Positions 37,655 to 58,614 are shown, counted from the first letter of the stretch. The stretch: 64,000 nucleotides of DNA from Magallana gigas (GCF_963853765.1 NC_088857.1:15128001-15192000); one strand, 5' to 3'. Translations and numbers: made by a program. Notes: generated by a model not told the origin, from the letters alone.

Positions 37655-37734
37655 GTTAAGAATGAGATATATTTTGTATATACCCACAAGAAAAGTTAAG
37701 AATGAGATATACTTTGTATATACCCACAAGAAAA
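37655..37734. repeat. 40-bp tandem duplication
   Basis: gttaagaatgagatata.tttgtatatacccacaagaaaa twice, at 37655 and 37695. Confidence 0.9.
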
Positions 37735-39353
37735 GCTAAAGCCAACATTTCACGATTGATGTTAATGACAAAATGTCTATATGTGACATAGGAGATAACT
37801 CAATGCTAGCATTTTGGCGACAGAGAAGTCTACCATAAAGGTCTGTCCCAAGATATTTATATCGCACATTTTTAAAATTATTCTATATTTATAAATACCT
37901 TTGGGTTCATTCATACTGTTGAATATGAAAAAATCCCAAGATTTCCCCTTTGAAATACCCCTTCTAGCTTGTCAGGTTTCAATACACAGCTAAAAACAAA
38001 ATGTCTATGGGGATATTGCATTGCAAGAGGTGAAAGTAATCAGATGATTATGTTGAAAAATTGTGTGAATTATTTCCAGTGACTTCCGAATGGAGAAAAG
38101 AAGTAAACATTTCTCATTACATATCTCTGTAAAAAATCTTTTTTCGTTCCTGTGATTTTTCCGAATGAAAAATGATAATGTGTCAATGAAAATGTCTCGG
38201 ATATTTTTTCTTCCATCGATTTCAATTGCACTTCTTTCACAGGTATGTGTATTTTTATTAAAAATCGTCCAAATATGCTGCATAAATATCTTGGGAGAGA
38301 GTATTAATTAATTCTAAAAGAATTATATACACAAAGCATCTTTTGTAGAGATTAATACCAATATGACTTATAAGTAACAACAATAAATATAAACTAAATA
38401 AAAACATTGAGATATAAAAATAAAAAAAACTTCAAAAATTTGGGCTCGTTTTATGAAGAGCACTATATATGAGCCAATGTCTTTTCCATATTGATCTAGT
38501 AGGGCAATTAAAATTCTCAATTGATCAGAAAATTCCAGCAGAAGCCCAAATGACCATCAAATAAATGTTTCCGGGCTAGGAATGTATTTTTCATCAATGT
38601 GTGACCATGGAACATGTAATTTACTGGTAAAAATATCACATGTACTGTAATTCAAAGCATAAAATGAAGGTTTATCGCTTTTACTTATTGGATGATAATC
38701 TAATGATTACATTCATATGTCTATTAAAAAATACCTTCAAATTGTTCGAAATTGTACATTTGGCTGCATGGTAAAAAATATAAATGATATTAATGTGATG
38801 TTAAAATACCATGAATGTGAATAATATCAAAATTTGTTTTTGTCATAGATAAGTTTGTTAGACTAGTATTGATCAACGGCAAAAAAAGTATAATATCATT
38901 TGATGATCATGATGTATATTTTTCAACATACATGTAGCTATAAACATGCATGTACACATGTATAAAAATGTCTTGCAATACAGTAATTCTAGTATTATGC
39001 TGTATTTTCTTCTTTTACCCTTTTAAATGCATGTACATTTTCCTCGTTCATACTTTCTAAATGCATAGGCACATATATAATTACTATAAAGCTTTTATAC
39101 AGTAAAAGATTTCATACATTACATTCTTTCTCAACATTTCTCCCACAAATATAATTGCTAAAAGTAATTTTTTTCTTAAATCCACTCATATTTGCCAATA
39201 CAATTACTTGTGTATACAGATAAAAGTACCACAATACAAATCTCAAAATGGTATTTCTACACATTAGAACACATGCACGTAAATACCGTTATGTAAAAAA
39301 GTTCTACATGTATAAGTTTTGGGTCCAATTTATATATTTATATGACTATTTTC

Positions 39354-42300
39354 TTATTTGTCACGCTTGTATATTTTCTTGGCAAAGCCCTGGAACACTG
39401 ATTTTGGCAGGCTTCCGCTGTGGTTCTCTATCAGCGTCAACAGTTCTGTGTAGCTCTCCTCTTCAAATTCATGGTACAGTTCTTTCAGCTGTAATTCTTG
39501 GTATAAATCCTTTACTTTTTGTACTTTAGAAGGATCAGTGTCTGCATAATTATTCTGTTAAATGTGAAATAATTGAAATATTAGACAGAATTCATAATAC
39601 AGCACACAGATATAATGAATAACCAGTATATAAAAATGTAGTACTTTACATTATTATCACAACATACATGCTAGGCTGACAATTTTGAATCAGCTAGAAA
39701 TCTATATGAGAATTTAAAGGAACTAAAATATGTTCTATAATTAAAATGATTTATAAATTCAAGTACTGCATGATAACGTGAAGCTGTTTAAGATAATGAC
39801 ATATGTAAAATCACAACACACACTATCAAACTAACAGAAATTTGAAGCTGTTATAAACATAAGTACACATGTACCTCTAAAATCTTTCTTTGTGATTCTG
39901 TGGCTTTTTTCAGAGCTTGTATGACTAACCAGCTACACTTATTTTCCTGAATGTCTGTGCCTATTTTCCCTATCACCTCTGGATCTCCATAACAATCCAA
40001 ATAGTCGTCCTTTCAATAACAAATATGTATTAATGAATTCAGTATGTAGATGTATACCTGTGCATACATAAATTACTATTAAAAGTACCACTCATATGTA
40101 CAATACAGATTTACCTTTAAAAACAAATTTCAAAAATACAGATACTTAAACAATGAACCATTTTGTTATAATTATATAAAAGCCATTCCTTAGACTTAGA
40201 TACATGTACATGAATATATGTAAATAGAAACTGATAACAATGCTTTTACCTGTATTTGGAAATATCTGCCCATGTGTAGCAAGATATGCTGAGCTCTTTC
40301 ATGGGAGTCATCATCTGTTATACTACTCTACAAATACAATTGTTGTACAAGATGGGTGACAGACTGTGCACAATATAACCAGTAACACATCATGTGTGAT
40401 ATTTGAACATTACATGTGTTACCCATGTAATGTTCAAATATCCCTCATTTTGAAAATAAAATGTCTTACCATATACATTGCTATCGCCACAGGCAGGTAG
40501 AACGAGTAGTAACCAGTCTTCCACTTTACGATGGTGTTGTACCGATCTTCCGTGAAGTCCGTGAAATCTACCTTACCACCAGAGGGAGCTGTGATCAGAT
40601 CAAGGCACTGACCTCTCACTGTCTGCATACATGTCTGTGAAACAGGAAATTGCATCACTGATTTCATTAATATAAGGTATATACTTTCCTTAATCTTGAG
40701 GCACTTGAATATACATGTACATAATTTGAGATCTGACTTTTAACAATGATCAAAAAACTGAGTTTTCACATTTTTGCAATGATCAGACTTTTATTTGGCC
40801 ATACTCTGTTTGTAACCTAGGTCACATGAAAACGCTGAGAGATCCACTTTAAATCATAAAAAGCTGATTGTTTAAACATGGTTAATAAGATTAATAAACT
40901 AATTAATATGAAAGAGATATCATTATAAATAATACAGTTAATGGTATGTACATGTATGACTCTCAAAAGACATTGTTTAATATAACTGTTTTTACCTGGT
41001 GAAACAAGTCCACTATGTCTACATAGTATGTTTTGTGTCTGCAGTATTTACGCAAGATGTGGTACACACAGCACTCCAAGTAAATAGCATCATTCAAGGC
41101 CACCAGACCTACTCCCTCCTTCGGAAATAATAAAATGGTAAATGAAGTCAAATAAGACATATCCCTGTTTTGTGCACTACAAGCATTTGTTACAGAATTA
41201 TACTGTAATACAAAGACATACGATCATACACTGTATTAATCAAGAGTTAAAACCTTCAAATCTGTAAGCATCTGATGTTATTACATGAAACTGATTTGTT
41301 TATGTATCCAATTATGATATAAAATTATACATTGTAATGACTGAACATTTCCATCTCATCATCCTTTGTCATCAAAACAAATAGCTATTTTTATTTTGAA
41401 AAATTGATTCCTATCTTTTCTTCTTCATCTCTTTTCCAAAACATTTCTCAAAGGAATTTAATTTCAACTAGACAACATTAAGAAGGTGACCATTTCAAAG
41501 GACCCCGCTTTAATAATGGACAATAGGATGAAAAGAATTTCAGACAATTATGCTTTGACCTTGACCTATAACTTTGAAATTTTCCAGCTGGCAAAGAACT
41601 TCTAATTCAATGTCATTACCCCTTAATAAATACAGGCATTTTTGTTCAATCTGAGCAAGATTAAGCAAATGGGAAATAATCTAACATCTAAAATTGATTA
41701 TAAAGAGATCTACTCTTCTTCTGATCAACGACACCATGTGGGTGAAGTATGAGCCAGATTGGACCAAAGGGAGAGAAGATATGCTCCAGACAAGATTTTT
41801 TTATATACCGGTATTTGCTTTGACCAAAACATTTGACCTTAAAAATTGGTCACAACACATCATTTAATCATTTAATCAAAAGCTATTTTTATGTGAAGTA
41901 TGAGCCAAATAGGGCTAAGTAGAAAGTATATATGCTGTGAAAAAAGGATTTTCTACCTTGACCCTTGACCTACAAACTTGATTCAAGGTTACTTAACACC
42001 CTTTGACCAAAGACACTCTGTGAGTGAAGTATGGGCAAGACTAGCCAAGGAGAGAGAAGATATGCCCCGGACAAGGATTTTTTATATAGTTCTGCTATGA
42101 CATAAACCTTTAACTTCCAAACATGTTTCAAGATCACTGCACACCCTTTACTCAAAGGCACTCTATGGGTGAAGTATGAGCCAGATTAGGCCAAGGGGAG
42201 AGAAGATATGCTCCAGACAAGCGATCTGGAATAGACAGGCAGATGGAAAGACGAAGAGACAGACTGATCACTATAGGGCGCCCGCAGAGCGGGCCCTATA

Positions 42301-44702
42301 TAATAACCAGTGGTTTGCATATTTTCACTAGCCAAAGGTTTCTGATAGGCATCGCTCCTCAAAAACAGAGGAGCAGTAAGGTTCAGAGACCCGTGGCTAG
42401 TGAAGGTGTGGTTTGCACAGAATTATATAAAACAAAATGTATACAACTACAGTGTGTTCATTACCTTCTTGTACCAACATGGCTTCCCTCTTCTTGTTAT
42501 TGAACTATCCATTACGTCATCAGCAACAAGGAAAAATGCTTGAAACTAAAAATGTTCCATCAAATTAAAATGACAACATAAAATTTTATTATTAAACTAG
42601 CTTTCAAATGCATTGTTTAAAAGTTCATTTAATAACAATGTTTATTCAATACCTAAAATTAATAATGTTAACATTGTTTCATGGTGTCTTGTTTTATACT
42701 TTTAATGACAAAGCATGGAATTTTCTATGAAGAATTGAAGCTTTAGCTATATTGAGGGCACAAACTCCACTGACTTCCATGAGCTGACCTGAGAGACTTC
42801 CAAGTACTGGTATCTATAGGCTATGAAGGTAGCAAACGAAAAATTTTCATAACCTGCTAACACAGTCTGATTAAAATCAAACCTTCCACTTAAGCTCCTA
42901 TATTTCACTTCCTTGTGACCATCAAAATAAAAGAGCTAGTGGATGTTTGATTTTAATCAGACTGCCTGCTAACATGGGTTAAGTATTTTTGGCAATGCTC
43001 ACTATCTTTAACACCAATGGTTTTAAATACCGGTACATTAAATGTATTTGTACCGGTACTAGAATTATTCATTATTTACCCATTCTATACACCATCCTAA
43101 TATTCTGGCAATTTTTTCTTCCTCCTCTGAAAGAGTTTCTTTGAAACATCTCAAAGAGGCAATGACAGATAGGCCTCTGTTTTTCTTCCCATGTGGAACA
43201 TTATACTCTGAAACCTGAAAATGGAGAATATATATTGTTAAACATGAACTTGCAGTCATTTTATTTAATAGTTATGCAAAACAACACTGAATAATCTATC
43301 AAAATTTGATATGGGGATATATTGGGACAAAGAATAGGTTACCGGGTACTATTATGTATAGAATATCACATGACAATTTTCGTATTGCATCCTATATCAG
43401 CCCAAAGGCGCTGTATATCAGCCAGAAAGCCTTCAGACTCGAGGGCTGATATACAGCGTCCACTTCTTTTCGCAAGCCCTCATATTTTGATTCTGGAAAA
43501 CGTGTAAATGTCGGAACCAAAGACAGTCGAAACATGGGTCGAACTGTAAACCGTCTTTGGTTCCGACATTTACATGTTTTCCAAAATTAAAATATGAGGG
43601 CTTGCGAAGAGAAGTGGATGTAGGCTATGCCTGTCCACTTCTCAAAAGTGAAAAGGGTAGCCCCGGTAGGCGAATTTTCTGTTTATATAGCACAAGGCGG
43701 AAAAGGGTACTGGTACTGTACCAGTTATCTGCTAAGACCAGTTATCGGCTAAACTGAAAGTTCAGGTTTATAGCACGCGGCACTCCAAGATTTTTTTAAT
43801 TCAGTCGTCTTTTCGAATAAAGAAAAGTAAGTTTGCTTGAAAATTTTCTTGAATATGATTTAAACATCGAGCTTAAACGATCATTGTTTACCGCTGATTT
43901 TACATCTTTGCACTTTCAGCAGGGGGAAGTGACGTAATAAGTTAAAACTAGAATACTACCTCTTTGTGATATGTTATTATATCCCTTCTTTGATATGACA
44001 TATAATATCAATACATGTAACATGTATAAACAAAAGGAATTCACTAATTTCCGAGAGATTCGTAGCGCAGTTGAACGCCTGACTGCACAATTATGTATTG
44101 AATAGTATACGATTTGGTGTATTACCTTATGATAATAAACGAACAATTTTATGAGTTTTGTTTATAATACATCATAATCCCGACTACTTTAGTCTGACCC
44201 CACAAGGGGCATAATTCAAATTACATTTAGCAGTGTATAAAATCAACATGTACAGGGATTTTACTATGTTATCATCACGAAGCCGATAACTGGTACAGTA
44301 AATCGCAAAAACTCGGCAAATTCGGGCCGTGCTAAAAAGCACAAAAAGAGATGTTTTGGGTTCTTAATAATGATATAAACTAACAGATTGATAAATAAGG
44401 AGTTCACTATTTAAGGTATGTCAAGTTTTATCCAAAAATATCAAGAAATAAGGAATTACGAAAAGAAAACTTTGAATTTTAGCCGATAACTGGTACAGTG
44501 CCAGTATATTTTCTATAACTATACGATATAATATCATCTAAAACATAAGACTTACCTCTTTGAACCAACTTAATACTTTATCTAGCTCTTTCTCCTTTGA
44601 GCATCCTTCATTTAAACATTCAAGTAGTTCAGGGAATAATTTGTCAAATTCTCCAAGCTCATCCAATTTAGCCTTCTTTGGAACAGAGTTGTGGTTATTC
44701 AT
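39354..44702 (-). CDS. FDPS: Farnesyl pyrophosphate synthase, 354 aa, 8 coding exons
   Basis: Exons (minus): 44702-44556, 43214-43080, 42545-42465, 41118-40996, 40634-40470, 40327-40250, 40009-39875, 39554-39354. All are phase 0 GT-AG. Motifs [36 protein letters not shown](G)YYSFYLP, SARM FQIQDDYLD and [13 protein letters not shown]. Confidence 0.97.
41464..42300 (+). mobile_element. HINE/pearl-like element carrying ~130-150-bp satellite-like repeats, a GACA-type microsatellite and a terminal hairpin (FDPS intron)
   Basis: gtgaagtatgagccagattgg..aagggagagaagatatg recurs at ~41743, 41893, 42024 and 42169. It is followed by gacaggcagatggaaagacgaagagacagac and the hairpin tatagggcgcccgc-aga-gcgggccctata (42272-42300). 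The left end is approximate. Confidence 0.7.
43457..43620. repeat. Long palindrome/foldback MITE, ~70-bp arms
   Basis: cgtccacttcttttcgcaagccctcatatttt...tgtaaatgtcggaaccaaagac pairs with gtctttggttccgacatttaca...aaaatatgagggcttgcgaagagaagtggatg. Confidence 0.85.
43708..44506. mobile_element. TA-flanked non-autonomous TIR element (~800 bp, Tc1/mariner-like)
   Basis: TA|ctggtactgtaccagttatc ... gataactggtacagtgccag|TA. Confidence 0.75.
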
Positions 44703-46547
44703 ATTGTTGACAATGGTCAGTTGTGCGATGTTGTTAAATTCTTCCCTATTTCTGAAAAGAAACTATGTTTTTTCTATTAATAGAAACATATCATTATGAC
44801 AATTCCTTTGAACACTAGAGCATGCGTAATGTTACAAAAACAGTTTATTAACACTTGCTATATTCATGTCATGTATCAAAATATAAGTAATTTTATTAGG
44901 GATAAACTGTGCCCTAGTTGTGTAATTATAGGATATGATAATAAAGGCTAACATTAATTAAAATTATAGGTCATTTATCTTCCTGAGGAAATTCGAACCA
45001 ATATACACGCGCTCAATGTTTCCGATTTGTCTAACGTTATGTGCGAAACTCTTCACATGAGAATCATAAAATTTATTTCTTCTTCTTCCTCTCATAATTA
45101 TTATTTTACCACATAAATTCTAAAAATAATTCATTTAAATTAATATTAACACAACACACCCATCATCATCATCATGCTGCTTCCGATAAGTGATATTAGA
45201 GTAGCCTGCCCTTGTTAAATCAAAGAACTAAAAGTACTGAAAGCCAATAAATATTGTTGGTGTTCTGTATTGAAATATGAAAAAATGCAAAGGCCCAATA
45301 GATAAAGTTCTAGCAAATCAGTAATTATATATATTTACATCACGTGTTTAGGATTTAGAAAATCATAAAATCAGACTTCAAATAAAAACTTGGAAGTATG
45401 GAGAAGGAAATATCAATGTTGTACTTATGTAAGTATTTGTTTCAAGCTTTTAATCATTGTAGTGTTTTAAAAACGGAATAAGACTTTTTACGATAAATAT
45501 TACATTAAACTGTTAAAATTCAGAGAATTTAAAACTATCTATAACAACTGAGTGACTACAAACGGGATACAAAGCTCAAGGTAGTAATTTATTTCACACC
45601 GAAGCACAGAAAGACATCTTTAATCATTTTAAAATCATGGAAAAACATTAATTTTTTCACTTTTACTGACATTGTCATCGTCATCGGAAACAGAATTGAC
45701 TAACTTTGACAGCATGTAAAATTTGATTTACCAAACAAACGCATATTTTTGCAAAATACAGTAGTTCGCCATAAACGAGTTCTCAAAATGGTCGACGTTG
45801 AACCTTACTCAGGTCTCGTCATCACCTGAATTTAAGTAAAAATGACAAAGCAGACATATATGGTACCTGTGTTATATCCTTGAGTATGAAATAATCTTGG
45901 AAATGTCTTTGTTTAGCGATGCATGTACATGCTTCGTATTCTATATAAAGGGAGACTACTCAAAAGGTTAACAACTCTTCCTATGTCATGAAAAATTGGA
46001 TTTCATTTTGGACCTTTCTTCAGCTTCCTAATATTTGACTTAAACTTAAAAACACATAAACATTTCTAAACCCTTGTATGTCTTTCTCGTTGTGTTGTAC
46101 CATATTAAAGCTGCTTGGTCCGATTTTTTGTAATTACAGAATCAAATTTTTGTTTTCATACAAATCATTTATCTTAGAAAGTTATGGACTTTCTCCTATT
46201 TACACCAGCAGAATCAGTCTCCTTTCAAAGTTAGAAATATTCAAAAGTAAATAAAAATAATTTCTCTTTGGGCAAACGAAAAAACAAACCAAAATGCATC
46301 ACGGGAATGTTTAGAAAAGGAAACCGCTTGGTTTCGTCCCCAAATGATTGGGGTTATTCAACCCGCATGCTGTGCATCGATTGTAATGAAAGCAGACTTT
46401 GGAAATTTTAGCGAAAAAAACGTACACATGTTTATTTGTAATTTGTCTGATCATTTCGACCTTTATTTAAAGCGATGTCAAATTCGTAATACAACCATGC
46501 CCGTCTCGTCGTCAGGGGTGAAATTTAACATGAGGCGAAATAACGCG

Positions 46548-46551
46548 GCAT

Positions 46552-46585
<34 letters not shown>

Positions 46586-46729
46586 GAAGGATAATTGTGT
46601 TTGCCAGTGGGGGTCCGAGGCATATTTTCGCGATAATTTTACTATGTAAATTTAATAAATTTTCATTTTCCAGGGGGGGGGGGGGGGGGTCGGGACCCCC
46701 CCGACCCCCCCCTCTAGATCCGCGCATGC
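46548..46729. mobile_element. 182-bp poly-G-containing MITE with 13-bp TIR GCATGCGCGGATC and GCG target duplication
   Basis: The empty site taacgcggtacc is seen in the 27.4-kb copy; here it reads taac-gcg-[element]-gcg-gtacc. Related fragments at ~34400-34535 and ~56480-56636. Confidence 0.85.
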
Positions 46730-46863
46730 GCGGTACCTTTTAATGTCGTTTGTTTTGTTAGCAAATTTTGTACGTATTTTTGGGAGTTGATTTTAATCAA
46801 CTCTCCTATGCAGTTACTCTGGCAAACCGAAAGTGAAACAGTGTTTGGACCTAAGCACAAATC

Positions 46864-48264
46864 GAATGTCAGACATGTCGGCCCAACGACACCTCGGCCC
46901 AACGACACTTCGGCCCCAGGACACCTCGGCCAAGACGGGTCGGCCCAAAATTTGAGACACCTCGGCTCACGTAAAAGACATCTCGGTTCAAGCAAAATTA
47001 AAACAAAAATATTTGATTTAAATGTTTTTATTTTATCAACATATATATTTTATCAAAATATTATATATCAAATACTTGTAAAAGAAATTGAATTAATAAA
47101 AAAAAAATGAGACCATTAAGTTCTAATTGTAAGCAAACAAGAAAGTAAAATTAAGAAAATGACGACAATTTCGACAATGACGCTAATAGTTAAACAACTC
47201 CTTTGGAGTCGCAAACGCGAGTCACGGGTGACAATGAAGATTTAATTACGAACAGTTGATTATAAGACGATAATCACCGAAGTCCATATATATCCTTTGG
47301 ATGATTACCACCCCATATCAGATTTACAAAATCGTCAGAGAAACAACACATCATTTCATTTCATTATTACGCAAAATATTTTTATTGTGTCCACTTTCTG
47401 ATCAATCTTTGTAGATTTAATAAATTCATGAAAATATCTAAATACTTAGTATTGCAATCTTTTAATCCTAGATTTAACACCAATATATATTTCAAGTGTG
47501 TCATCAATTCCTGAAATTTCCGATCTACAAAATTCACATATTCTATTATTATTGTAGTGAAAAAAATTAATAAGATTTCGACAACCTTAAAGTCATCAAA
47601 TTTCAATTGGCTGTTGACAAAAAAAAATGAGACGCGTGGCCATCCAATGAAACAAATACACAGAGTTTGATTGACAGGTTTAGTCATACATGTATGCAAG
47701 TGTGACCCGACTATAATGTCCGAAGTTATGCGCGCTTATTGTACATATCGATGTAAATTTAAAAAAAAATAGACATGACCTTTTCACTAAAAGTTGATTT
47801 AGGTTTGTTTCTATCTAACCTTCCACATAAAAAATATTTTTTATAGACTTTAAATGAACTTTATTCATTAATGTTGTGTATAACGATATACTAATCATTC
47901 AGTGTTGATTAAATAAATATGATCATACTAATTTTAAATATAATGATCATGTGCGCGTCTTGTACAAACATTTTGATGCTAAATATCATCTGGCAATTTT
48001 ATCACATTTAGCACCAATTCAATATTTCATGTCGTTGGTCATTATCTTCAAAAGAGAGATAGAAAGAAGAAATCAATGAATAGATAAAGTAATTATCTGC
48101 CCCTATTTTTTTTTTATATCTATGTTTAGTAGAACCGAAAGTTTCATTGGGCCGAGGTGTCTTTTACATGGGCCGACGTGTCAATAAATTTGGGCCGACC
48201 CGTCTGGGCCGAGGTGTCAAACGCCCTTGGCCGAGGTGTCGTTGGGCCGAGATGTCCGTCTACC
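46864..48264. mobile_element. 1.4-kb non-autonomous element with 8-bp TSD and inverted subterminal GACACCTCGGCC repeats (hAT/P/Merlin-like)
   Basis: CACAAATC at 46856-63 and 48265-72. Left gacacctcggccc repeats mirror right gggccgaggtgtc repeats. Confidence 0.82.
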
Positions 48265-49790
48265 CACAAATCAACACCGCTGACAACATTTAGTTCTAAT
48301 CAATAAATTCGATGTTATGAGTTCTTAAGCACTGTTCTTCAAGGAAACTCATTTATAGATACCTTGTAAATAGTCAGATCTTAAATGGTACGAACAATTT
48401 AGATATTTTTTGAAGTCGTACATTTTATGTTTTCCTACGCCAGAGTTCAATATAGTCTCGTTCAACCAGACGCTCGGCTGTCTCCGTAAATCTACGACAA
48501 GCGCAAAGAGTCTCTCTTGCTTGTCGGAGATTAACGGATACAGCTGAGAGTATGGTTGAACGAGAGTAGAGTTCAATTTTGCTTGGATCCATACAATTTC
48601 TCATAACTATTTCGATTACTAATACGTAGTTTGATGGAATAATTCTTTGAATATTACACAACATGATTGATATTGGATTTTCACGAAATTCCTGTAGGAT
48701 TCATATTATAAAAATGTGCGTTATTCAAATATTTATAGGAATTTACTTGCCATGCAAAATAAATAGATAACAATTGATGAAATCAACTCCCGTCAGTACT
48801 TCAGTACTTTGATTCTTCATTGAATTGAAATTTGGCATAATTGACGGGTAAAACTACTGCAATATCTATTATTATACATATACTAAGCATAACCATCGTT
48901 TAAAAGCGTGCATAAAATTTGATATAAAATCGGACCAAGCAGCTTTAAGTGTCTCCAAGTGTATCCTTTGTACCAACTCTTCCTTTCCTTCAGCTCTATG
49001 ATTAAATTTTTAACTTAATATAATTTATATAGACTTCTAAACCCATGTATCTTTTTCTTATAGTGTAATATCCTTAAGTGTATCTATGTGTATCCTTTTT
49101 AACTGCTATGGTGACAATACCCTTTCCTTCAGCTCCCTTGTTTGCCGCTACAAGTCATATCTGTGAAATTTTTATTTAATGCAATACTTAGTAGCAATTG
49201 AATATATATTTTAAGAATGATCTGGCTTTTTTTAATTCGGCCTTGTCAAAACATATAAATCGAATGCTATGTAGTGTAGCATAACCATCAGCTTTCTTAT
49301 TATCATTACTACTTTATCAATCTATAGCATATCTTTTGATAACTTGATTAAAGTAAACATTCCACGTAATGCTGATTTCACAAGAGTAGGAAATCTCAAC
49401 ATAATCGTTCGCTGAAAAATACAGTTCCATAAAATAAAAATATCCCCAGCGTTTCTCTCTGGGTCCAAGAGTAACGTCACATCGAAAAGACACCTCTAAG
49501 TTTCTTTCAGACATCAATTGAATCTGCCTTGTTAACCACCATAGAAATATCTTAATGACGACGAATTATTTGTCCCCAAACGTTAAAAGGAAAACTACTT
49601 CCGTCAACGAGTCGACGTCGCGCCGTACGTCATATTCTCCAGAAATGAAAAACAAACGTAAAACGAATATAAAATCTAGATTTGCATGTTATAAAAGATA
49701 TCTTTAAATTAAAGAGTTCGTTGTCGCATTGAACGCTCAACGTCAAGGATTTCCTGGCACGATTTTTTTCCGGTGTACGCGAATGTCAGC

Positions 49791-57234
<7,444 letters not shown>

Positions 57235-58343
57235 GATTTTTCTCTTCTTCAGAGCATCGCACGCGTTTGGTAGTTTTAAATCATGTAATGTGCAATGACA
57301 ATCAATGCTGCTCTTTGTAACATTTTTAAAAATCGTAATTTATTGTTAAGAGAAATATATCGACCTCATTTATAAATTTCAACAATCAACTTAAACTGCT
57401 CCCTTGATTTATCGAGCTTGTATTAATATCTATAAAGTTCTACAAGGCTATCACTTACGTTAATTATTATTTTCAAAGTAATATCTCTATACTGTCGTGT
57501 TGTTAGTTTGAGGATTTCATTTGTTTAATTGATTAGAATGAATATTCATTAGAATATCGAAGTAGCGCATGTCGGAAAGGCCAACCAAGCAATCAATTAT
57601 GCTTCTTATATATATTTACACCACTGAGCGAAATTTCGTAAGAAAAGTTTTTTCAATCAGTGGTTATCGTTTTCTTTGGTGGGTCATTTTAGTGTAAGGT
57701 AGCGGGCATTGCAGAAAAACTGATTATATGCAAGTATTTTTCTCGGCATACAAAGCCCACTTCATGAAAATCCAAAGAAAGCATTTTATTGTCTGTTTTA
57801 AAAAAAAATTTCGGAATCTATATATTTTAGTTTAATTATATATATTAATTATTCATTTGAATATCTAATTGAGTAAAAGTATGTAAATTTACCTTTACCA
57901 TCGATTCAGGCACGTAGCATCGTTTTTGGAAGTAAAAATACTAACCCATGGAGGAGGAGGACAGCGTATACCTACTCTATCTTCAATTTCATTGTGAATT
58001 TAATTTCATGTTTTTAATGCTCTTCTAAAGTAGGACGGAAGGGGGTAACTTTGTTTATGTTAATTAAATTTTCTATATGTAAATTTCAGAAATAATGCTT
58101 GCTTCGTGCCTGGTATGCTTAATGCAGCTACTGAATGGACAGCCGAAAAAAATTACTTGTAGTCTATCGTTTCGAAAGTCCGGCCTCAACCCAGGCTCCC
58201 TCTATGTAAAAAATGTAGCTACAGATTCGATCAGTAACGAATTAAACAATCCTCGAAAATATAAATTAATAAAACACAATTTTAAGAAAAGCAGCCATAT
58301 AGGTGCAGTTTCCGCAGGATCATTAATGTCTAGACCCAGGGTG

Positions 58344-58614
58344 TGTCTCACCTGACAGGTGAGATAGAAGAAAATACTCAAAAGGAAGAATAATTTTCTC
58401 TTCATTTTTTCATACTGGAAATCAATCCCTATAAAATTCTAACAGAGATTCCATATTGGATTTGAAAATCAGTAGGAAAATTATTTCTAATGGAAATTCC
58501 TGATTAAATTTTTTAATGTCCTCTGGGAATTAGATTTTTTCCTGTGAGGAGGAATTGTTATTTTTTATCATATGTATTTTATAAAGATAAATATCTCACC
58601 TGACAGGTGAGACA
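58344..58614. repeat. 271-bp segment bounded by 23-bp inverted repeats, each containing the palindrome TCTCACCTG-A-CAGGTGAGA
   Basis: tgtctcacctgacaggtgagata at 58344-58366 and tatctcacctgacaggtgagaca at 58592-58614. Confidence 0.8.

Larger units (their letters stand above)
46105..48948. mobile_element. Second copy of the TTAA-flanked Kolobok-like element (opposite orientation), expanded by three nested insertions
   Basis: TTAA|agctgcttggtccgattt (46109) ... aaatcggaccaagcagct|TTAA (48944). Body matches the reverse complement of 27316-27898 apart from inserts at 46548-46729 and 46782-~48810. Confidence 0.88.

Noticed and set aside
23980-44702. ALG8 and FDPS as a dolichol-pathway gene cluster
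   Set aside because: FPP does feed dolichol synthesis, but the two genes are on opposite strands, separated by unrelated genes, and show no shared regulatory signal. Chance adjacency is sufficient without synteny data.
46864-46990. Short direct repeats resembling a CRISPR array (also 41743-42220 and 48149-48264)
   Set aside because: The context is eukaryotic, there are no unique spacers of constant length and no cas genes, and transposon subterminal or satellite repeats explain them.
46714-47110. ORFs 46714-46995 and 46787-47110
   Set aside because: They arise from GC-rich subterminal repeats of nested transposons and have no transposase motifs.
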